DNA from: Thermoleophilia bacterium
GTDB lineage: Bacteria > Actinomycetota > Thermoleophilia > RBG-16-64-13
Direction: 5' to 3'
Assembly (NCBI GenBank): GCA_040770645.1
Contig: JAXGIS010000002.1
Coordinates: 165,972-229,971, forward strand
DNA: 64,000 bases
The position numbers and the translations under genes are program-made. This document shows positions 56,666-64,000 of this stretch, piece by piece (position 1 is the stretch's first letter; each line of letters opens with the position of its first letter). The notes beneath the pieces are model-generated. The model was not told where the DNA came from. It saw nothing but the letters and a program-made list of their open reading frames with translations, and made no database searches.

Positions 56666-57691
56666 ATGGCCAAAAGCGACGAGAAGACTCTTCGTCAACT
56701 ATCGCTGCTGTCCCTACTCCTGGACGCCCGGCGCCCGGTGAGCGCGCACGAGGTGCGGGAATCGGTCGAAGGGTATGCGTGTTTGACCGACCAAGCCTTC
56801 AAGAAGCGTTTCTTCGACGACCGCGAAGACCTGAAGGCCATTGGTTTGGTGGTACAACGCATGCGCGACCCCCGCCTGGGTGAATCCGAGGCCTACTACA
56901 TCTCCGGGGGGGATTACCGGTTGCCCGATGTCCACCTCACAGCTGACGAGTACACCGCTTTGGTTTGGGCGCTGCTCCTGCTCGAGGAACGGTTCCCGTA
57001 CGAGACACCCCTCCGTTTGGCGCTCGCCGCCCTGGGTGAGGCCCAAGGTCATGCGTTCCCCGTGGGTCGGCCTCCATTTGCCGGACGAATCCTGACCGCC
57101 GGCTCCGTGGAGGATTCACCCCAGACACGCGAGCGCTTACAACGGCTGGAGCAGGACTTGGCCGCCTGCAAGTCCATCCGTTTTGCCTATGAGACTGCGC
57201 ATTCGCCGGATCCCACCACCAGAACCGTGGACCCATACGGCCTTTTCGTCATCGACGGCCACTGGTACGTGGTGGGTCGAGATCACGACCGGCAGGCTGT
57301 GCGCATGTTCCGCGTGGACCGGATGCGGGGCTCCATCTCGCACCTGACGAGGCGACCACGGGACTTCACGGTCCCGGCGGACTGGGACCCAGAGCAATAT
57401 CGAGCACGGCCGCCGTGGCTACTGGGAGAGACGAAAGGGACCGCCCGCATCGCCGTGGATCCTTGCCTGGCCTGGTGGGTGAGTCAGACATACGTGCAGC
57501 ACGTCGCGAGTGAAGACGAATCCACCTCCGAGCACGTGTTCAGCGTGCCTTTCACGGACCCCGATCCGCTTCTGGCCTGGGTGGTCACCTGGCGGCGGCA
57601 CGTGCGCCTTCTGGGGCCGCCTGACCTCATCGCGCGGCTGCGGGCGGGCATAGAAGCGGCGGTGCGCAAACATGAAGGGCGGCAACCATGA
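56666..57691 (+). CDS. pafB: WYL-domain transcriptional regulator, PafB-like
   Basis: EKTLRQLSLL...VEGY...AFKKRFFDDREDLKAIG HTH, RTVDPYGL, HWYVVG, MFRVDRM, WCX C-terminus. Confidence 0.8.
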   Translation: MAKSDEKTLRQLSLLSLLLDARRPVSAHEVRESVEGYACLTDQAFKKRFFDDREDLKAIGLVVQRMRDPRLGESEAYYISGGDYRLPDVHLTADEYTALVWALLLLEERFPYETPLRLALAALGEAQGHAFPVGRPPFAGRILTAGSVEDSPQTRERLQRLEQDLAACKSIRFAYETAHSPDPTTRTVDPYGLFVIDGHWYVVGRDHDRQAVRMFRVDRMRGSISHLTRRPRDFTVPADWDPEQYRARPPWLLGETKGTARIAVDPCLAWWVSQTYVQHVASEDESTSEHVFSVPFTDPDPLLAWVVTWRRHVRLLGPPDLIARLRAGIEAAVRKHEGRQP

Positions 57692-58650
57692 CAACTCTCC
57701 CCGGCGTTTCCCCCGAGAGAACAGCCAGGGCGCTGGCCCTCCTCAGCCGCCTCTTACACAACCCGACGTTGACGCGCGTCCCACTTGAGGATTTGGCGCG
57801 GGATTTGGGCCTGTCACGCGCTCAGATCCTGGAGGATGTACGACTGCTCAACCTGGTCAACTTCGGCGGCGGCACCTACCTACTGTATCTGGAGCAGGAG
57901 GGCGATGACCTGCTCGTCGATCGGGAACCGTTGGGAGACAACCTCCAGTACCCGGCGCGCCTCTCACCCACCTTGGCCCGCTCCCTGATGCTGGCCCTGG
58001 AACTGGTAGGCGACGTGGTGGTCCCGGGGTCGGCTGCAACCCTGCTCCAGAAGCTCAACGCCGCCTTGGCCTCGGCCATCGCGGCCGGCCCCGCCCCGGT
58101 GGGCGCGGGGCGGCTGCTGAAGCCGTCTGAACAAGTCCTGGGAATCCTGGGGACGGCGGTGCGTGAGCGGCGCGTGGTTCGTATCGAGTATTTCAGCGCC
58201 CACCGAGGAGAGGTGACCCTGCGCAACGTGGAACCGCACATCCTATGTGACGCCGGAACGGCGTGGTACCTGGAGGCATACTGCCTGCGCGCCGCAGAGC
58301 CCCGGACGTTTCGCGTGGACCTCATCAAATCGGCGGAGACTCTGGACCAGCATTTCCTACCCCGCGAGGAGATGAGCGCCACTCCTCTGCGCGCCGACCG
58401 CCCACCCGAGGGACCGCTGTGGGCGCGCCTGGCTGTGGACCGCGACCGCGAGGCCAGACTCCGCGCCGACAGTATCGCCTATACGCACCGCGAGGACGGC
58501 AGGTTGGGTGTGGAGACACCGTACTTCGATACCGCGTGGCTGGTGGGACAGGTGCTGGGTGGGCTAGGGGCCACCGAGTTGCTGGAGCCGGGCGAAATCC
58601 GCGCTCACATCGTCCGCGAAGGCCGTGCGCTTCTGGCGGCCTATTCCTGA
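57688..58650 (+). CDS. pafC: WYL-domain transcriptional regulator, PafC-like
   Basis: ATGA overlap with upstream WYL gene; LARDLGLSRAQILED HTH, IEYFS, RNVEP, WYLEAYC, TFRVDLI. Confidence 0.8.
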   Translation: MTTLPGVSPERTARALALLSRLLHNPTLTRVPLEDLARDLGLSRAQILEDVRLLNLVNFGGGTYLLYLEQEGDDLLVDREPLGDNLQYPARLSPTLARSLMLALELVGDVVVPGSAATLLQKLNAALASAIAAGPAPVGAGRLLKPSEQVLGILGTAVRERRVVRIEYFSAHRGEVTLRNVEPHILCDAGTAWYLEAYCLRAAEPRTFRVDLIKSAETLDQHFLPREEMSATPLRADRPPEGPLWARLAVDRDREARLRADSIAYTHREDGRLGVETPYFDTAWLVGQVLGGLGATELLEPGEIRAHIVREGRALLAAYS

Positions 58651-58703
58651 GCCGAACTCGGCCGCCGAGCCAAGCCGCGCTCACTGTCCGAAAGGGGAAC
58701 TAC

Positions 58704-59069
58704 GTGCGCTTCATCGTCCGTTGGGCCATGAATACAGTGGCCATACTCGCCGTCACCCGTCTGCTGCCCGCCATTCAAATCGACTCCTTCTGGGTGGCGG
58801 TGGTGGCCGCCCTGGTCTTGGGGCTGCTCAATACCTTCGTGCGCCCCATCCTCTTCGTAGCCACCTTGCCTGTGAACATCCTGACGCTCGGCTTGTTCAC
58901 TTTGATCCTGAATGGCTTCATCCTTCAGATGCTCGATTGGATCATGGGGCCCCGCATGCACATCGCCAACTTCGGCTGGGCCATCCTCGGCGCGCTGCTG
59001 ATCTCAGTGGTGACTGGGTTGATCAACATCCTGGTGGGGGGAGACCCCAAGCGTCGCGGCCGGCGCTGA
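58704..59069 (+). CDS. 4-TM phage holin family (YvlD-like) membrane protein
   Basis: RFIVRWAMN, AALVLGLLNTFVRPIL, LPVNILTLGLFTLILN; GTG with SD AAGGGG. Confidence 0.88.
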   Translation: MRFIVRWAMNTVAILAVTRLLPAIQIDSFWVAVVAALVLGLLNTFVRPILFVATLPVNILTLGLFTLILNGFILQMLDWIMGPRMHIANFGWAILGALLISVVTGLINILVGGDPKRRGRR

Positions 59070-59621
59070 CCCGGCGTCTGCCGTCCGCCACCGGTACACG
59101 CCCACGCACTGCGTGTCGCCCCGGGTACGTTTGCTCTCGTAGTGCAGACTCACCCTCGGGTTGAGCCCTCGGGTCAGCCCCGCCTCATAGCGGGAGAAGG
59201 CGCCGCAGGGACGTTGCCCCCACCATGATTCGCGCGACCAGGGGCAACCCGGCGTCACCACGCGTGCCTCATTCTCCGATTGAGCCCGCACCACGGCAGC
59301 GATGGCGTAGAGCCTGTTCGCCAGCGCCACCGCCTGAGCGCACTCGAGTGGGGTGCGCCCCAACCCCAGTTGCTCTCGAAGCGCACTGCCCTGCCGGAAA
59401 CCGATCTCCTCGAGTGACCTACCCACATCGGATGCCCCGCGGCCACCGCCTTCAGCCGACTGCCCGGCAAGCTGCGTGGCCACCACCAAACCCAGTCCTT
59501 TGGCGGCCACCTTCCAACGCATGGTGGGGGGCATCAGGCGCGGCCACCGCAGCACGAGCAAAGCCAAGAAACCGGGTACGCGCGGTAGACCCGGCGCTTT
59601 CAAGGGTAGGAGGAGCCTCAC
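59004..59621 (-). CDS. Hypothetical V4R/ATC-hydrolase-like small-ligand-binding protein
   Basis: IGFRQG...GCPW...PCGAF...GLTRGLNP...RGDTQC three-Cys pattern; start and end uncertain. Confidence 0.55.
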   Translation of the reverse strand: MRLLLPLKAPGLPRVPGFLALLVLRWPRLMPPTMRWKVAAKGLGLVVATQLAGQSAEGGGRGASDVGRSLEEIGFRQGSALREQLGLGRTPLECAQAVALANRLYAIAAVVRAQSENEARVVTPGCPWSRESWWGQRPCGAFSRYEAGLTRGLNPRVSLHYESKRTRGDTQCVGVYRWRTADAGSAPAATLGVSPHQDVDQPSHH

Positions 59622-59658
59622 ACCCAAACGCCGGCGCGTGTCGGTCCCGCCTCCCCTG

Positions 59659-60746
59659 TCACTCAAGCAGCGCGACCTCGTAGCCACTGGCCTGCACCAT
59701 GAGTTTGAAATCGTGCGGGCTAGTGGCAACCTGCACGGCCTCCTGCAGCGTGACCGTGCCCGCCTCATAGAGGCGAAGGAGGCTCTGGTCAAACGTTTGC
59801 ATGCCGTAGAAGTCGCCTTCTTTGATGGCCGTCTCGATGTTGTGCGTCTGCGCCGGATCCAAGATGAAGTCGCGGATCCGACCCGTCATGATCATGACTT
59901 CCACCGCCGGGGCCCGGCCGCTGCCGTCGGCCTTCTGGAGGAGACGCTGAGAGATCACCCCGCGGAGTGAACCGGCCAACATGATCCTTACCTGCTTCTG
60001 CTGGTACAGGGGAAAGAAATCAATGATGCGGTTGATGGTCTCGGTGGCGTCGATAGTGTGAAGCGTGCTGAGCACCAAGTGCCCGGTCTGCGCTGCGGTG
60101 AGCGCCGTACGTACGGTCTCGAGGTCCCGCATCTCGCCGATGAGGATGACGTCGGGATCTTGGCGCAGCACGTACTTCAGAGCCGATGCGTACGACTCCG
60201 TGTCCAGCCCCACCTCGCGTTGGTTGATGATGGAGTTCTTGTCTTGGTGGAGAATCTCAATGGGATCCTCAACGGTCACGATGTGGCGGCGCATCAGCGT
60301 GTTGATGTAATCGATCATGGTAGCCAGCGTGGTGGTCTTACCGGAGCCGGTGGTACCGGTGACCAGCACTAAGCCTCGCGGCTCCAACGCCAACTTCTTG
60401 ATGGAGGCGGGAAGCATGAGATCCTCGAAGCTGGGGATGGAACTCACCACCTGCCGGATGGCGATAGAGATGCTTCCGCGTTGGCGGTAGATATTGACCC
60501 GGAAGCGCCCCACGGCCGGCGCACTGTAGGCGAAGTCGATTTCGTTGGTCTCGCTGAAACGACGGATCTGTTTGTCACTCATGAGCGAGGCCGCGAAGTC
60601 CTTGGTGTGCTCCGGGGTGCATACCTCATCGCCGACGAACGACAATTCACCGTCGGTACGGAGCACGGGAGGGCTGCCGCTCTTGAGATGAAGGTCGAGG
60701 CCTTCATCTCCACAGTGTGAATCAGCAACTCATCAATGGACTTCAT
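59659..60746 (-). CDS. PilT/PilU family type IV pilus ATPase (indel near 60697)
   Basis: KASDLHL, GRFRVNIYRQRG, GTTGSGKTTT, EDPIE, LRQDPDVILIGEMRD, TGHLVLSTLHT, GMQTFDQSL. Confidence 0.93.
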
Positions 60747-61754
60747 CGAGGACACTCCAGTACTTTCTCAAGCCGCTCATGGTTGGTGCCACCTCAGCCC
60801 GATCTGATGCCGACACTTCAGGGCTGAAGTTCACCTCGCGTCCGGCCAATCCTTCCATGGTACGAACGATGGATCCCGCGAGAAGATCCGGTTCGTACCC
60901 ACCCTCCAGAAAACAGACCGGGCCGGCGGCGCCCAACTCCTCGGCGGCTCGGCTCAATCTCAGCGCCATCCAATGAAAAGCGTCGGGCGACAGACGCAAC
61001 CCTCCCAAGGGATCGCCGCGCTGGGAATCGAACCCACTGGAGATCAAGATGAGGCCGGGTTTGAACTCGCGGAGCACGGGTTCCAGCAAGGCCTCGAACA
61101 GATAACGCATCACCCCGTCCCCGGCCCCATGCGGCAGAGGCACGTTCATGGTGAAGCCGGCCCCCATGCCCTGTCCAACCTCGTACACGCTGCCGGTACC
61201 GGGAACTGGTGGATCGACACGCACAAAACGGCCGCCGTGTCGAAGAAGGCCGCCTGGGTGCCGTTGCCGTGGTGGGCGTCGATGTCCACGACCAGGATGC
61301 GCTTCAGGCCGTGCCGCTGCTGGAGGTAGCGCGCCCCCAGGGCCGTGTTGTTGAACAGGCAGAAGCCCATGCCACGCCCACGAAGCGCATGATGACCGGG
61401 CGGACGTACCAGAAGGAAGGCCCTCTCTCCTTCCCGCTGTGCACGCTCCACAGCCTCCACCCCCGCTCCAGCCGCCAACGTTGCAGCCTCGTACGACGCG
61501 GGCGACACACTCGTGTCCATGTCGATGGCGCCGCCGCCCCGATCGGCCAGTCGCTCCACACCTTCGATGTATGCAACGGTGTGGACGCGGGCTATCTCTT
61601 CGACAGTGGCTGGGCGCGGTTCGCGCCATACCAGGGGAAGATCCGATGCCGCCAACGCACTACGCGCCGCGATCAACCGCGCCGGCGCTTCCGGATGCCA
61701 GGCCCCGGCATCGTGTTCCAAGAAACGCTCGTGGAAGTAGACGGCCAGAGCCAC
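60733..61754 (-). CDS. Histone deacetylase family protein (indel near 61200)
   Basis: HPEAPARL, RPPGHHA, GFCLFNN, DIDAHHGNGTQ, SSGFDSQRGDPLG, LEGGY. Confidence 0.92.
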
Positions 61755-61846
61755 CTTGTGCCTCCTTACCTCAGCGGTGTGGTCTCCCGGCGTCCGGCAA
61801 GATTTCCGGCCTACTACTATGTGCGCATGCGCCGGGTACCGGCGTA

Positions 61847-63014
61847 CTACCTGTACATGCGCCGGGCACCGGCGTAATCACTACGATCCATGCTGTTGAT
61901 ACGCACAACGGCCCCGGTATACGGAGCGTGGATCATGTTTCCGTTACCCACATAGATGCCCACGTGATGTATGTTGGAGCCAAAGAACACGACATCACCC
62001 GGCTGAAGATCGGAGCGCGCCACCGGTTCCCCGCGCTGGAACTGCCACGCCGCGAAGTGCGGGAGTTCAATCCCCACTTGCCGGAATACGTAGGTCACCA
62101 GCCCGGAGCAGTCGAATCCGCTGGGTGATTCACCTGCCCACACATAAGGCACGCCCTGATACTGCATGGCGATCTCCACCACTGCCGCTCCGATCTGGGA
62201 GGGAGGCAGATCGGTTCGGGGCGCTTGCGTGGTGCGGGTGTTGGAACCGCCTCCGGAGCCCGATGAGTTGCCCGATGCCGGCCGCTGTGACGCCCGGTTG
62301 GCAGCGGCACGCTCCGCCGCCAACCGTGCCGCCTCTCGAGCCTCTTCGGCGAGCCGCGCCTGCCTCTCGGCCTCCTCGCGCTCCAGTTGAGCGATCTCTC
62401 TCTCCTTGCCGGCGAGCAGTTGCTCCCGTTTGGCAAGCTTGGCTTCCACCTCCGCCGCTGTGGATTTGGTTTCTTCCAGGAGAGCCTGCTGATTCTTCTG
62501 GTCTTCCGTCAACTTCTGTTTGGTGGCCGCCACCTTGTCGCGGTACCCCGCCACCTGCTCCAGAACGTCGGCATCGTTGCGACCCACCCGCATGAGCAGG
62601 TCGAAACGGTTGACGAAATCAGATAGGGATGAGGCGCTGAGAAGCGCTTCCAACAGGGTCGTCCGGCCCTCGCGGTAAATGGACTCCACCCTGGCCGTCA
62701 AGCGCGCAGACGCCGTGGCCAGGTCTTCTTCAGTTCTGGCGAGCAGCGCTGCGTTCTTCTCGAGCGCTTCCTCGGTGGCCGCCAACCTTACCCTGGCACC
62801 GTTGTAGGCTTCGACGGCCTTGCTCCAGTTCGATACTAGTGGATTCGATGAGGGCCCGCAGTTCCTGGGCTTCTCTCTTGGCTTGTGTGATTTGCGCCGG
62901 TTCGGCCTTGGCGCCGTCTGCTACGCACAACGGCAGTAGCAGTAAAATGAGGAGGAGGGTGAGGAGTGCTCCTGTGAGACGCCCTCTGGTTGTGGCTTTG
63001 GTCCTAATGGTCAT
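61847..63014 (-). CDS. Secreted coiled-coil NlpC/P60 peptidoglycan endopeptidase, RipA/CwlO-like (indel near 62815)
   Basis: Signal peptide, coiled coil, PYVWAG..GFDCSGL, HVGIY, IHAP. Confidence 0.92.
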
Positions 63015-63090
63015 TGCCTTCCCATGAGGTTGTCACGCCCGGCCCGCCGGGACATATGGGCATACAAATGCCTGGCGCACCCAATCCAAC

Positions 63091-63099
63091 ATTCTACCA
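63091..63099 (-). promoter_or_regulatory. Extended -10 promoter for NlpC/P60 gene
   Basis: TGgTAGAAT on minus strand about 77 nt upstream of the ATG. Confidence 0.55.
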
Positions 63100-63167
63100 T
63101 GGCGTCAGAATGCGTTCGCCGTGCACCCGGCAACACCTACACACTACCCTTGCCATCGAACCGGCGT

Positions 63168-64000
63168 TCAGAGACGCTCCAAGAACCAGGTGATCCCCCG
63201 CACTATGGCCTCGGCCTCGGCCATAACCCCTTCATCCCGTCCAAGCGCACCGCCCTCGTGCGCATTGCTGATGAACCCAGGCTCCACCAACACGGCCACG
63301 CACGGCATTTCCCGCAAACAGGCGTAGCTGCGACCGTGCGTGTGCAAGTCCACGCGGTTGAGCCCCTCCACCAAGGACTTCACGATATAGCCCGCCAACC
63401 GCTTGCCTGACTCGGCCACATACGTTGCACGGCGGAAGTAGTAAGTGGCAGCGCCCGGCCACCTCGGGATCACGGTCCCACCCGTGAGCTATGCTGAGGT
63501 AGATTTCAGGGGAGAAGGCATGCGCAGCGTCTGCCCGTTCGTACGGGCTCATGGCCACGTCGCTTTCGCGTACCAGTGTCACATCGGCCCCGGCCTCGAC
63601 CAACAAGCGCGCACCGCCTGCGCTACCGAGAGGTTGATGTCTTTTTCAGAAGCCCAGCCACGCCGCGGCCGCCCATGTCGTTGCCTCCGCGCAGCGTCCA
63701 CGGCCACGCGCAACCCCCGAAGCCCAACCAGCTTCACATACCCGTCGTGCCGATCGGGCACGGTCTTCTTGCCCTCGGGTGTTGCCTTTTGAGCCGCTTC
63801 AACTGCGCGATGGTGGCCTCGCCCACCATGCCATCGGTGTTCAGGCCCGTGTTACGTTGGAACTCGATGAGGGCGTCTTCTGTCTGCTGACGAAAGATCC
63901 CGTCTTCGGCCCCGCAATCGAAACCAAGTTCGTCCAGGATCTGTTGGATGGCGAGCACATCATCGCCCCGCATAGGTGGCTGGCGTAGATAAAGTAGGCG
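63168..64000 (-). CDS. CwlM-like peptidoglycan-binding + N-acetylmuramoyl-L-alanine amidase protein (5' beyond window, several indels)
   Basis: RLLYLRQPPMRGDDV...DGIF...FQRNTGLNTDG PG-binding domain; SEKDINL, ERADAA, VLVEPGFIS amidase_3 motifs. Confidence 0.85.

Noticed and set aside
58704-59069. Holin as evidence of a prophage
   Set aside because: YvlD-like 4-TM family is commonly chromosomal; no phage genes in the window
61814-61876. 30-bp repeat as a CRISPR array
   Set aside because: Only two adjacent copies, no spacers, no cas genes; the PD-(D/E)XK domains belong to AddAB, not Cas4
63015-63167. c-di-AMP (ydaO) riboswitch upstream of NlpC/P60
   Set aside because: Leader after the -10 is only ~70 nt and lacks recognisable ydaO core motifs

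Overview
High-GC (roughly 60-65%) bacterial chromosome segment made up almost entirely of core genes. The PafB/PafC-type WYL pair, CwlM-like amidase, SigM-like ECF and full mre cluster suggest a deep-branching actinobacterium, probably Thermoleophilia-like (inference). Bases 1-45.8 kb form one co-directional minus-strand block: five tRNAs, tig-clpP-clpX-lon-valS-folC, a small ORF, a zinc-ribbon gene, ndk-maf-mreBCD-mrdA-rodA, a radical SAM gene, rne-rplU-rpmA-obg-proBA-nadD, LytR_C and ThiF genes, pcrA, then the dcw cluster mraZ to murC. The right part holds an Lrp-domain gene, mtnP, an ECF sigma/anti-sigma pair, tRNA-Pro, an addBA/adnAB-like helicase-nuclease pair divergent from a pafB/pafC-like WYL pair, a holin-family membrane gene, and an amidase-NlpC/P60-deacetylase-PilT/U-V4R-like run. 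About 15 genes, many essential, are broken by 1-2 nt indels, so this is very likely an unpolished long-read assembly and not true pseudogenes. No CRISPR, transposase or prophage was seen. The most notable observations are: a PafBC/AddBA divergon outside the Pup-proteasome locus, an apparent in-frame AddB-AddA junction, an ECF promoter inside the sigma 3' end, a likely ATC start for mreB, an unannotated 34-37 aa membrane protein, and an inverted repeat bracketing the MraZ boxes.
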